Positions 13,803 to 26,724 of a stretch of DNA of 64,000 bases are shown here, in pieces. This stretch comes from Camelus ferus. Its lineage: Eukaryota. Each line of letters starts with the position of its first letter. Position 1 is the first letter of the stretch. The notes under the pieces were generated by a model, which was not told where the DNA came from, ran no database searches, and was given only the letters and a program-made list of their open reading frames with translations. The stretch covers positions 33,172,001 through 33,236,000 of the forward strand of contig NC_045697.1 of NCBI RefSeq assembly GCF_009834535.1. Reading direction: 5' to 3'. A program made the translations under genes and the position numbers.

Positions 13803-14713
13803 AAATCCCAGTCTATCTCTTCCCACTCCCCACCCACTTGGCAACCACAAGTCTGTATTCTATGTCTATGAGTCTATTTCTGTTCTGTATTTATGCTTTG
13901 TTTGTTTGTTTGTTTGTTTTTGATTTTTTTTTAGATTCCATATCTGAGCAATCTCATATGGTATTTTTCTTTCTCTTTCTGGCTTACTTCACTTAGAATG
14001 ACATTCTCCAGAAGCATCCATGTTGCTGCAAATGGCGTTATGTTGTCAGTTTTTATGGCTGAGTAGTATTCCATTGTATAAATATACCACCTCTTCTTTA
14101 TCCAGTCACCTGTTGATGGACATTTAGGCTGTTTCCATGTCTTGGCAATTGTAAATAATGCTGCTATGAACATTGAGGTGCAGGTGTCATCCTGAAGTAG
14201 GATTCCTTCTGGATATAAGCCCAGGAGCAGGATTCCTGGGTCATATGGTAAGTCTATTCCTAGTCTTTTGAGGAATCTCCATACTGTTTTCCACGGTGGC
14301 TGCACCAAACTGCATTCCCACCAGCAGTGTAGGAGGGTTCCCCTTTCTCCACAGCCTCTCCAGCATTTGCCATTTGTGGACTTTTGAATGATGGCCATTC
14401 TGACTGGTGTGAGGTGATACCTCATTGTAGTTTTGATCTGCATTTCTCTGATAATTAGTGATATTGAGCATTTTTTCATGTGTCTATTGATCATTTGTAT
14501 GTCTTCCTGGAATTTCAAAATTGTAGAATAGATAAACAGGATTATACTGTATAGCACAGGGAAATATATACAAGATCTTATGGTAGCTCACAGAGAAAGG
14601 AATGTGACAATGAGTGTATATATGTTCATGTATAATTGAAAAGTTGTGCTCTACACTGGAATTTGACACAACATTGTAAAATGATTATAAATCAATATAA
14701 AATGTTAAAAAAA
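13803..14713. mobile_element. Young 5'-truncated L1 with 5' inversion (ORF2 C-terminus and proximal 3' UTR on minus, 13803-~14508; distal 3' UTR and A-tail on plus, ~14507-14713)
   Basis: The minus ORF encodes an uninterrupted L1 ORF2 C-terminus ([14 protein letters not shown]...[18 protein letters not shown]...). The plus segment continues the same 3' UTR. Flanked by near-identical TSDs aaattgaaaattaaa (13791-13805) and aaattgaaattaaa (14711-14724). Confidence 0.92.
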
Positions 14714-14719
14714 TTGAAA

Positions 14720-16850
14720 TTAAAAAATAACACAAAACCAGAAAAAAGTTAAATATAAGCATAAGTTAAGCAATTAAATACATAAAATCAGTAAACATAA
14801 GTTAATATCAAGAGATATTCCTTTTAAAAGAATAAAATAAATAAATATAAAATAGAATTTAAATTCATAATATTATAAAAGTAAACAAGTCTGTAAGGAT
14901 GGAGAATCTTTTTTTAGAATTATGAATCTGGTCAGCTTTTTTCTTATAGATTTTAAAACCTGATATGAAAGAAAAAAAATTAGAAAAATGTAACTTCCAA
15001 ATTTACCCCTATAAATTAAAAAAAAAAAAAACCTGAGAGACCCATTGTCATGAAAGTAACAGAGAAAATTTAACCTTGAAAAAACTCTAGACCTTGCTAC
15101 TCAAAGTGTGTCCTCAGGACCAGCATTACTTGGGAGCTCGTTAGAGGTGGAGAATCTTGCATCCAAGTCTACATTTTTTAAATCAGTCTGCATTCCGACA
15201 AAATCCTCAATGATTCATATTCACCATGAAGTTCAATACACATTGTTCTAGAGTTGAGAAAAGTTCAGAGGTGAACTTTTTCAAACATTCCAGAAACAGA
15301 TCGTTCTAGAGTCATTAAAGCGTTTTAAAGTATAAAGAGATAAAGAAAGCTTCTAAATCATGGAGTTCTACGGAAAGTTATTTTAAAAACAGCATAACAT
15401 TTAGTTGAAAATAGGTAAAAAGTTGACCAAAAGATTCTAATCTCTCTGATATATTCTGATGTAAAAATGCAATATATTATTATTAGGCTATAGCAGCAGT
15501 TTAAAATTAATACACCACAAGCAAGAGAAGTTTAATAACATTAGAAAATATTCACTATAATAATATGATGGAATAAACATATAATCAACTTTATGGAATT
15601 TTAAAATATAGTTGATAAAGTACAATATCAAATTCCGCTTTAAGTGCTTCTTAAAATAGTTTAGATGGTTATTTATTTGGTATCGTAATATACAAATTTC
15701 AATCTAATTTCTAGCTTAATGCTTTATTTCTGACAAATAGCACCCATGGTAAAATAACAAAGAATATTCACTATTATTATCATTATTTACTCTTTTTGGT
15801 TGCACTTTTCAATGTCATTTGTCAAAAGCAAAATGTAGGAGGAATAAAACTGAAAAAGAAAGAGGAAAAAATCAACATTTCCACTTGGTTGGTTATATAC
15901 TTGGAAAATTCAAAATAATTAATTAAAAACTATTAAAATGAAATAAGGTATTTAAATAATGATTCTTGACACCAAGTTATTTTGCAAAAAACAATGAAAG
16001 TAAACAACTAAAAAGTATAAGGAAAGAAAGTATACATACCTCTTATAAAATCGCACATGAAAATAAAGTTCAAGACATCTGCTGAACCAAATGTATAAAT
16101 AGCCCTAAAATCAAAACTACTAAAGGACATAAGAGTTAGCTAAAGCAAATCCATTTTCATCAATAAAATATGTAATATTATTATAGTGTAAAGTATTCCT
16201 AATTAATATGTCATATTATGGTCCTATTAAAATTACCAATATTATTTGTATTTAGGAAAGCTGTTTCTGAAATATATATATATGTAATAAACATTTGGAA
16301 ATATCCAAGAAAAGTTTGAATAAAATAAACAAATTGACAGTATTTCTCCAAGGAGTAGACACATGTAAAAGAACACAGAAATAAAAAGTATTTTGTTTTG
16401 GATCAGGAAAAAAAAAATAGATAGATCCATTCAATAGAATGAAAGTTTTAGCAAGAGAATGAACTGTTCACAGTATTTATTATGTGATAAAGGTAGCATT
16501 TATAGTCAGTAGGTCAAAAACGGATTACTCCATAAATAGCACTAGGACAGCTAGCAAGATCTCTAAATAACATAAAACAAACAAAAAAAGCAACAACAAA
16601 AATTTAGATGTATCAAAGAATTCATATACAAAATGAAGAAAGAAAAAAATAAAGAAGGAAATAAAACTGTAAAAGCACTTGGAAAAACACACTAACAATA
16701 GATGTTGTTCTCATAGTATTAGGATGGGGAAAGCTCTGTTAAACAAGGCACACATCCAAAAGATAGAAAGAAGCAGACTGATAAAATTGAGTTTACTGGA
16801 CAATACATCTATAGAAAAGCCATCCTAAACAGACTCAAATGTGAATTTTA
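14720..16850 (+). mobile_element. Highly degraded ancient L1 (L1ME-like) ORF2 region, host of the younger insertions
   Basis: A-rich strand bias and residual ORF2 motifs, e.g. tgtgataaaggtagcatttatagtcagtagg...ataaatagcactaggacagctag. Confidence 0.55.
15093..15245. mobile_element. MER5-type hAT-Charlie MITE
   Basis: tgctactcaaagtgtgtcc...gaccagcat...tgggagctcgttaga. Flanked by 8-bp ctctagac/ttctagag, matching the NTCTAGAN hAT target. Confidence 0.8.
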
Positions 16851-16862
16851 CACTGAGGAATC

Positions 16863-17240
16863 TGCAGCAAACAGAATTATAGATGGTCCCCAAGATTTCC
16901 AGGCTCTGATAACCACACAGTTTTATAATGCCTCCCCCTTAAGTGTGTGTAGAATTTATGACTTGCTTCTAATCAATAGAACGTAGCAAAGGAGAATGAA
17001 TTTTACTTGTGTAATTAAGATCCTAGATGATTGACTTTGAGTTAATTGAAAGGGAGATAAGCCTGTCCTGATCTAAAAGGTGAACCTCTTTTAAAAAGAT
17101 ACAGACTCTCCCTGGAAAATGAGACACAAAGCAGCAGAAATTCTCATTCTCAACTTGAAGAACTAAACTCTCAGGTTGTGAGAGGACCTGTAAAAGGGCC
17201 GTGTGGCAGGGGACAATGGGTTTCCTCCAGGACCTGAGAC
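16863..17240 (+). mobile_element. MLT1E/F-like MaLR LTR (5' part)
   Basis: agatggtccccaagatttcc...tgacttgcttctaatcaatagaa...ttgactttgagttaattgaaagggagat. Confidence 0.75.
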
Positions 17241-17613
17241 TGACTGTGAAAACTTTACTTTGGGAAACAGGATGGAGACTCTGGGCTATAATTATAAACT
17301 CTTTCAACCTGTTTAAAGTGTTAATCATTATGTACATTACTTTCATAACGGATTCTAAGAAAGCATATTTGAAGAGGGAAGTAACTAGAGTCAGTGCATA
17401 TGGACAACAGTGTGAGGAGACTATTTGTGAAAACAAGACATTAGATAAGGCAGGAACAAGATAGATATGAGAAGTTGAGGATTTCCTTTGTAATGAGATA
17501 TGTAAATGCTGTTAGAAAAAATACAGAAGTAAAGAAAGAGAATTTGAAAATAAAAGAAAGTAAGTAATGGTAGAATGAGAGTCCCAAGAATGAAGAAAGT
17601 AGTAGATATGATA

Positions 17614-18366
17614 CAGTTGACCCTTCAACAACTTGAGGATGAGGTATGCCAACCCTCCTCACAGTCAAAACTCCACTTATAACTCTTGGCTCTGCCAAAA
17701 TTTGGCTACTAATAAGCCTACCATTGACCAGAAGCCTTACCAGTAACAAATAGCTGATTAACACGTATTTTGTATGTTATATTATATACTGTATTCTTAT
17801 AATAAAGTAAACTAGAGAAAATATTATTAAGAAATCATAAGAAAGAGAAAACACATTTACAATCCTGTACTATCTTTATCAACACTGTAAGTTTACATCA
17901 TCTGTTTACAAGATGAATGATCTGTCACTACCTGTATCAATATTGTCTTATATGATACAAGACACTGTAGATGTTATACATACTGCCAACACCAGACGTC
18001 AAAAATGAAAAGATAATGTGAAAAAGAAAATTGTGTTTATTTACAGGTATAACAATTCATGCGTTAATAATGAAGAAGCAGCAATATGATTACTTTGTGG
18101 TTGCCTAGTGTAATGAATACGATGGCTTCACAGTAGCCTAGCCCATCCACGAATAGATTTGTGTATGTTTTATGGTAGTAAATAGTAAACTAGACTAGTA
18201 TCTATGTATATTCTGTGCATTCATAACACAACTAACTTTTTCTTAATTTTTTCAATATTACTAGGCTACTTGGTTCATCTGTAAGGTTTTTCAAATTGTT
18301 GCAAATCTCCAAAAAAGTTTCCAATATAGTTATTGAACAAAATCCACGCAGTTCAAAGGTCAACTG
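17614..18366. mobile_element. Tigger2-family (MER28-like) non-autonomous DNA transposon
   Basis: Terminal inverted repeats cagttgaccctt...aaaggtcaactg with TA on both sides. Internal ctactaataagcctaccattgaccagaagccttacc is typical of Tigger2a/b. Confidence 0.9.
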
Positions 18367-19472
18367 TAATTCAATGGTTCATTATTTGACAATCAGTCTT
18401 ACTAATAAGGAGAAATTCACAAGACCTGGACAGCTTAGACCAATGGCACACTAAACCATCAGAAGACAACATTTTTAAGCTATTTTTCAACATTTTTCTG
18501 CATGCCTTTTTCCTCCTAGCAATTTGGAATTAATTTCTTCCCAGAAATCACAGCACGGAGCCAGAAAGTAGCCTGGAGAGTATGCAGTCCCTTGATTTTC
18601 TATGCTGTGTTGAGGAAGGAGGCAAAGAGAGCCCCAGCTTAGACACTGATTCTCAAGTGAGAAGAAAGGTCAGAGGGCAGACTAACAGAGTATAGTTGTG
18701 GGGAAGTGCTCAGCAAGAGAGAAAATATTTCAGAGCTGTCACATTTTTAATCTAATTTTATCCTTAAACATCCCTGAGGCAAGTAAGCTAGGGCCTATTA
18801 TATTTATATTTCAAAGAAGACCTGAGATGCCAGAAGGTTAAGTGACCTTGCTGTATGGCATTTTCTGCACATATTTTGGTGATTTCTATTTATAACACCA
18901 CGTGAAAATGAGGAGGCTTCAATGGTTTTCCTAATGATCAAAACACCTTTTGATTGTTCTTGAGAGCTTGAAGTGTTTTATACTCTCTAAACTTCCTTCT
19001 CCCTTACCTTTAGGTACCATTTTGGTTTCTGAGTCAAAGATTTCTTGACAGTAGTTATCTCTAAAGGAAGGGATTATAAATGATTTTTTAAAATTTTTCT
19101 CTTCTTAATTTTACTACAATAAGCGTGTATGAGAACTATAACACCCAAATTATAATTGTTGTACATTTTCAAAATTTATCTTAATTCATTTTAAGAGAGT
19201 CCCTGACTAGACAACCGTGTTTAATTTATCCTTAAAAATATAAAATGCAGCGTGAATTAACATTTTAAGAGAAAAGTATATTTCTACTGAAGACCAGAGA
19301 AACATTTAAAACCAGAGAGGAAGTTGCTTAGAGCACTTGTTACAAACATGGGCTTTGAAACCAGACTGTTTGGGTTTATATTCAAGCTCTGTGAGCCATT
19401 AAAAAAAAAAAAACTCAATAAACATTTGCTGCTGATAACAATTAGGCAAAATGTTTAAAGTGCACAAATTTT

Positions 19473-19600
19473 TTTAAACTTTTTTTTATTGAGTTATAGT
19501 CATTTTACAATGTTGTGTCAAATTCCAGTGTAGAGCACAATTTTTCGGTTATACATGAACATACATACATTCATTGTCACATTTTTTTTTCACTGTGAGC
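19473..19600 (-). mobile_element. Very short young L1 3'-end insertion
   Basis: Same 3' UTR family as 14590-14710, with a poly-T tail and a perfect 17-bp TSD taaagtgcacaaatttt (19456-19472 and 19601-19617). Confidence 0.92.
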
Positions 19601-20179
19601 TAAAGTGCACAAATTTTAGCATCAGTACAACTTGTAATGAAAAACTGGCCTTGTCATTATTGAATTTGTGATTTTTTTAGAGTACTGAACCTCAGTGTTA
19701 TTACGTGTAAGGAGGAATAGAGCACTTTTGTTTACAACATTTATTGAACCGATAATGATTGCTATTCATTATTAATTAGGTTGTCAATAACTATAAAATT
19801 TTATTATTGCTATCTTTAATAATTGCAAAGCCTAATTATTTTATGTAACACAATGATGATCATATAGAATTAATTATTTTGCACATTATACTGACTGGGT
19901 GACTCTCTGAACCAGCATTATCAAAATCATTTAGAGCTGTCTGAGATATAAACACAGTTCTACCAGGATCAATTAGATATTAGAGAGAGGGCAGTTCCCA
20001 CTGTGAGCCACCATAGAAAGATGGTAAGTGGCTTAGAAGTTTATTTAGCTTTAATGAGAAGATCTTTCATCCAAAGGGTATTCCAGGGGAAATGTGGCGT
20101 TCATTGATCAATTTCAAAACTACTCTACATATGAAGATGGACAAATATCAGCTTCTCTAACCCAGTTATCTACCTACCT

Positions 20180-20570
20180 TCTTTTGCTTTCAACATATAT
20201 TGACTGTATACTTACCATATGCCAATCATCGTTCTTGGGTCTGGAAACACATCAATAAATGAGCAAGACAGACAAGTTGTCAAACTTAGAATACAAGGAG
20301 GAGATAAAAAACAAATAAGTAAATAAGATCATTTCAGGTAGTTTAAATACCATGAGGGGAAAACAAAACAAAAATAAATAAACAATCAAATAATCAAAAA
20401 ACATAAAGTGATTTGATAGAGAGTGACTCAGGGGCAGGGATGAAAAGCAAAACATTACATAGGAAGGTCAGGAAAGACCTCTTTAACACAATGACACTGG
20501 AGATGAGATCTATATAACAAAAAGGAAAATGCTTGGGGGGGTCTCACTATAAACGTAGAAACCCTCTGAT
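20180..20570 (-). mobile_element. L2 fragment
   Basis: caacatatattgactgtatacttaccatatgcca...aaggtcaggaaagacctct...gacactggagatgagatct. Confidence 0.65.
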
Positions 20571-20656
20571 TAGAAATAAGTGCTATTATATTTGGCATAT
20601 GTCTTATTAGCATTTGTTTGGATCAGATTGCTGACGATGATTTTTAACATACCCTT

Positions 20657-21128
20657 TGCATTAATTTCCTAGGCTGCCAAAACAAAGTACCACAAACTGG
20701 GTGTCTTATGTCAATAGAAAAATTTTCCCTCAGATTTTGGAGGGTAGAAGTCTGAAATCAAGGTGTTGGTGGGGCCATGCTCCCTTGAAGCGTCTTGAGG
20801 GTGGGGGATCCTCTCTTGCCTCTTCTGGCTCCTTGTAGCCCTAGACATCCATTGCCTGATAGCACCATAACTCCGAGCTGCCTCAGACTTTACATGGCTG
20901 TCTTCATCCTGTGCCCGCTTCTTCATATGCCTCTCTCCTCAAGTATTTCTCTCTCCTCTTCTTATAAGGATGTTAGTCTATTGGATTAAGAGCCCACCTC
21001 ATTTCCTTATGACCTCATCTTAACTAATTACATCTGCAAGGACTCTTCTCCAAATAAGGTCGCTCTCTGAAAACCTGAGGGTTAGCACTTCAGATATCTT
21101 TTTGAGGAACACAGTTCAACGCATAACA
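20657..21128 (-). mobile_element. MLT1B/C MaLR solo LTR
   Basis: tgcattaatttcctaggctgccaaaacaaagtaccacaaactgggtg...aagtctgaaatcaaggtgttgg...acacagttcaacgcataaca. Confidence 0.9.
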
Positions 21129-22444
21129 CTTTTATAATATCTTAAAGTAGATTATATTCCTATTTACATACTTCTAAAGTATAATTCGGGTACTCATTAG
21201 GATAGTGAAGGGGACATTTATAATATTTAGGGGTTTTATTTTTAGATCAAAAATATATTTTGTACTAAAATAGACCAGAAAACTCTAGACTATATTAGTG
21301 TATGGATATTTTGATTTTCTATTTTCCTGAATTACGTAGATATAGAGTTTGTTTTCTTTTGGACTCTCCAGACTACAGACTTTTGTTAATAGAATGGATG
21401 GACTCAAACAAAACCAAAATAAGGCTAACTTCTGTCACTGATAGTATAAAATTAGATATTGATCAGATTAAGGAATAAAAAGCCTAGACAACTTTCTTCA
21501 GCCAAATCAAAGGATGTCAAGGCAAGTGAAAATAATTTGAGAGTATTTTTAGATCTGTGGAAGTAAGAGAAGCAAGTGATAAGGCTGTTCATTTAGCATA
21601 AACTGGTGAGTCAGCGTCTTCAGGTCAGGCACAATTTCTGTTCTGTATTTCCTTTGTAACTTCGTTGAGACGCTTCCATCTAACTGCTATAGAATATGAA
21701 TATCACAATAAACATGCCACTTTGTTTTTATCAGGATATGCATGTGCAAACAAAATGGAGGATCAAGGGCATTCATACATTCACTCTCAATTATTCATTA
21801 AAACCCATTAAGCATAGAGTATTATACTAGGTTTAGGAGGTGATTCCAAAATGAAGGAACTTTTCTAGACCTTAAAGATCTCAGAAACAAATTGAGCACA
21901 ATTTTAAGCTTGTAACTATATAATTTCAGAACTCTGTAAATTTGTTTATTTTATCCCATTTTATACCCCCCAAAAGGGTGTATGGAAATCTTAAAATACA
22001 TATTGTGTAGCAACATTTTTGAAAATTGTCTTTGGAAAAATAATCTAAAATGTTAGCATTCAGCAACATTTTAATGTATCACTAATATTCACGTATTAAA
22101 TATTTCATAGATATTTTTTGTTATGGACTCTAAAGGCATAAATTATCAAATGTCCCTTCCACTAAAAGTATATCCATGTGTATTTTTTCATTTCTAGAAC
22201 AAATAGTAGACCTGGAAGTGATCATATTTTAAAATTAATTAGTACTTAGTATTAGAATATTTATTAAAATAAAACAACTTAACAGTGATTTTAGCTTTGG
22301 CAAACATTCATTACTGACTAATTGACAAGCCTGTTTCTCAAAACTCATCAATATTATTATTTTTACCTATTTTTCAAATAATATCCATACATCTAGAATG
22401 TAGAATATCTATGCATATGAATATGTGTGTATATGCATTTCTTT

Positions 22445-22720
22445 AATGTAAGCTTTTTATGAAGTAGAATATACAACCAGGAAAGCACAAATCATAAGTA
22501 TACAGCTCAGTAAATTTTTACAACTATACACACCTATATAATCAGTAGCCAAGCCAAGGAGATTATCAGAATCCAAGAAAACTTCCTCATATCCTTTTAA
22601 TTTATAACCTCACAGGTGTAAATACTCTTAAAATAATGGGTTAGTTTAATCAGTTTGTTTTAACTAATGTAACCCTATGTATTTATTTATAGTAGTGGGT
22701 GTAATTTTGCTTGTTCTCAA
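22445..22720 (-). mobile_element. L1ME-type 3' end
   Basis: aaagcacaaatcataagtatacagctcagtaaattttta...cagaatccaagaaaacttcctcat. Confidence 0.7.
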
Positions 22721-23989
22721 TCTATATATACTGCTATGGATATATTTTGTATATATTTTGTATATATTTACTAGATATATACTATATATATAAAAAACGA
22801 TACTATACTACAATTATTTTATACACTCCACTTGATGCGTATTTGAGTATTGAACATATGAGACTTAGCTCTCACAGCTCTTATTTTAAAGTGTTTTTTT
22901 TAAAAGTTAAAAACATATATTTAATGAATACTCTTAAAAACTATGAAAACCTCATGTATGACTTAAAATATATGCAGTGAAATCAAATTTATTGCAATTA
23001 GTGGAATGAATCTTGACAAATCAATATTTTGACATGTGGAGATCAGAGCTCTGTTTTTCAATCTTCTATTTCAGACTTTTAACAAATAATTGTAAAACTT
23101 CTCCAAGGAATTCAATTTAGAAATTGTTCGACAGTAAAGGGCTTATTCTGACATCTTATTCAGAGAAGCTATATTATTCACGATATGTGAGGAATTAGCT
23201 TTCTTTGCCCTGAGGGATTGTAAAGAATCATGCATCATGATTAAAGAGAAATTGAACAGTTAAATCCTTAAATACATGTGTCAAGGAATAAGACTACTCC
23301 TCTGCATTAGCCAGACTATTTGGCTTGCTGCCAATGATCCTCAATCAGATGGAGACTTCTGACAAGACGCGCTGCCTCTGAATTAGAAGGTCTATATTAT
23401 AGCTCATGATGAAAACATAAATGTCAGTTGAAATGGCCCAAGTCTTTCAGACTGCTGGTATTACTTTTCCTTTATAATTCAAATAAAATTAGTATCTCTT
23501 CATCCACTCATTTGGACACCCAAGACACTTCTTTTATCTTCAAGATGCCTGGCTGCCTGCTGCAGACTAAGTGGAGGAATTGTTTTTCTTCTCATCACCT
23601 GTGGCCCCACTTGTCTCTCCTTTTAGGCCAAGTTGGGCCCATCAAAGTATTTTGCTTAAACCCAAGTTTATTTAACTTAAAATAACACTTTCCGTTAGTC
23701 CTGCAAACCGGTTGGATCAGTCATAATTTTAAGTTATCATTTTTCTTTTTTGCTTTCTTTCTCCATTGCATTGCTTTTTTGTAATCTGCTATATTAAGCA
23801 AATGAAAAATCTGTAATACAGTTTAAATTCTGTCATCAATATATTTATTGCTTTCTTTAAGGTTTGTTTAAGACCTATCTTTCAGCCCCAGGATTGAGTA
23901 ATTTCTGTGGAGATTTAACTCTGGGCAAATTTCAAAGAGCCACAAACTCCTAGAATTGTTTGCAAAATATTGTAGTAAATGTATTATTA

Positions 23990-24215
23990 AAGAGACCCGT
24001 GATCCGGACATAACTTACTGGGATTGAATCTCAGTTTTGCTGCTCATTAGCTGATGACCTTTGGCAGATTACTTAAACTTTCTTCCTTACCTGTGAAATG
24101 GAAATAATAATGAGATCTGTTTGATGGAGTTGTTGTAACTAGATTGATGTAAGGTACTCCTGCATGGCACAAAATTAGTGCCACATATGTATTGATAATT
24201 AATATTATAAATATT
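23990..24215 (+). mobile_element. MIR SINE
   Basis: tgacctttggcagattacttaaactttc...acctgtgaaatggaaataataa. Confidence 0.8.
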
Positions 24216-26144
24216 ATCAAATGGTTCTGAAATACCATTATCTGTGAAATACCAAAGTAAAAGAAAATCAGAGTAATGCGGTCTTGGAACCAGGAAAGTT
24301 TTGACTCCTACCGCCTTTACATCTATCAGACTTTAGTCTACTATGTAAGGCTTTGGGGCTTCAATTCCTAATCTGTAAAATGTGCACATTATTCCTACTT
24401 TGAACTGTTGTTCCATGAATCCAATGATGTAATTAGAGGCATGTTCCAGCAAATACATACAAACGTCCCCCAAAATACATTTCCCTCACTTATTCTATTT
24501 GTTTTGATATCTGAGTAGGACTTGTTTTTTATAGCCTACAGTCACTTGGCAAGGGTAAAATAACCAATGTTCAAGGTGTTAGTAGATTAGAGGTAGAGAG
24601 ACAAAATGAATCATCCCACCTAAACATGTCACATTTTATTTTATACTCCTGCTCAGCAAAGCAACAGAAAAGCACACAGTGTGGGATCTTCCAAAGAATG
24701 AAAACTATTGCACAAATAAAACATGACACATTTTATTCCTGACATTTTCTCTACCACAGCAAGATTTATCTTTATATTCAACCAAAAAGATGGCTGTAAC
24801 TCAGGCTGGTAAGACTTACAAACATTGTGAGATGAGTTTAAAAGAGAAGTCAAGCAATAACTTATAATCACAAGGATTAAATTTATTTTATTTTAGAAAA
24901 ATACAGTTGAAAATATTATTTAATCTTCCAATTGTTTTCTTTGCTGATGGTAGCAATGATTGTAAAAGTATTATTTAGAGAGAGCCAAAGAATGATCAAA
25001 ATTCAAAGAAGCATAGTATTTACCTGTTTCACAATAAGATTTTTTGATTAAAAGTACATTGCTAAATATTTCAAAGAATTTGTATATCTAATCATTTGTT
25101 AACTACTTATGCTAATGGAAAAGAGGAAAATTTATACCAAATTTTATATAAAACCTCATTTGAATATTCATTTTTTGCAAGAGAAGAGACAACCAAGTAT
25201 TCACAAATACACATTTTTAATGTATATCAGAGAAATACAACTGAAAAATCAGTCTCTGTTCTTTTTTAAAATACAAATAAATGAATGAGTAGATATAGCT
25301 GAGAACCACAACACTATTTTTCCCTTTTAATTTCCAAAATTATAGCTAGTGCCATTTCTGAATGAGAAACAAGAGCAGGAATAAATTTTAGACTCTCAAG
25401 TTTCTAAAGATTTTGAATAATGAGAAATCTTTATGTCTATTTAACGTCTATACAATACATCGTTTTTTCTTGAAGTGTTTACCTTCAAATGTAATTGTTT
25501 AGATATTTTGAGATTGAAACTCATCTGAGATTAAAATGCAGGAATCTGCATGTCTTGATTCTAATGTTACAGGGCTCCAAACCAATTTATAATTTCAGGC
25601 TAATGGGATGTTTGTGTTCTAAAATTGTTCTAGATCTAGGTTCTTTGGGGTTGAACCCAACATATAAATTCCATTTTCTGTCTGTCTTCCTGAGACTAGC
25701 AAAATTAGCATATTTGAATAATATAGTTCTAGAAACAGTCCATCCATGTAGGGGAAAAGGTCACTGAAACACTGGGGATGTGGAATAACTTTACTCTCCT
25801 AAGATTTTTTTCTATCGACCATACGTCCACTTAGTGACCACTCTTGGTCTGTTGTGGGTTTTGGGGATTTTTTTGCATGTTTATGTCCCTTTTATAAATG
25901 ACAACGTTCTTCCATGTTAGGGCTTAAGAATTCAATTCTCTCACTAATATATTTTCTCCTGATGTCATCCACATTCATTGCTTCAGGGAACACCAATTTC
26001 CTGATTATTTCCAAATCTCTATCTACAACGAAGACCATTGTAAATTCCTTTGGACCTACATACCTCAAACTCAGTAAGATCAAACTCATTATCTTTCCCT
26101 TCCCACCTATACCCCACTCCAGTGTCCTTGCCTCTCAAAGCCCC

Positions 26145-26376
26145 TTTTTAAAATTTTAATTTACTCTTACTGAAGTATAGTCAGTTTACTATGTTGTGTC
26201 AATTTCTGGTGTACAGCACAACACTTTAGTCATATATGAACATACACATATTTGTTTTGATATTCTTTTTCAACATAAGTTACTACAAGATACTGAATGT
26301 AGTTCCCTGTGCTATACAGTATGAACTTGTTGTTTATCTATTTTATATATAGTAGTCAGTATCTGCAAATCTCAAC
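26145..26376 (-). mobile_element. L1 3'-end fragment (cetartiodactyl/camelid type)
   Basis: tactgaagtatagtcagtttactatgttgtgtcaatttctggtgtacagca...agttccctgtgctatacagta. Confidence 0.85.
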
Positions 26377-26724
26377 CAGGTTCTCCACCATCCTCCCCAA
26401 AGTCAGTGGGATGAAGGCAGAGTCAGGCAGTTCCATACACAATCTGCCTTATAGGACTATTCTGGTGACAACGTGATTAAAGTGACTGCTTATATTTATT
26501 GTAAGTTGAATATAGCTAAAGAACAAACATCTTTCTGCAAACTAAATTATGTTTTATCATAAAGGAAGATTTTAATAAACAAGAGTCATCATTTTTTCAA
26601 CACCCCAAGTAATACCACTCATATGATTATTTAAAGTGAATCGACTATCATTAAGGCTGAATTAATTGAGGAGAAAAATTACATATATATAAATATATGC
26701 AGAGATATTAAGTTCTACCTATTA

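Noticed and set aside
13931..14557. 208-aa ORF as a host gene
   Set aside because: It is the L1 ORF2 C-terminus inside a truncated, inverted insertion, lacking the endonuclease and reverse transcriptase domains.
17023..17764. Adjacent 137-aa and 107-aa minus-strand ORFs
   Set aside because: They span unrelated MLT1 and Tigger2 elements and have non-ATG starts and no protein features.
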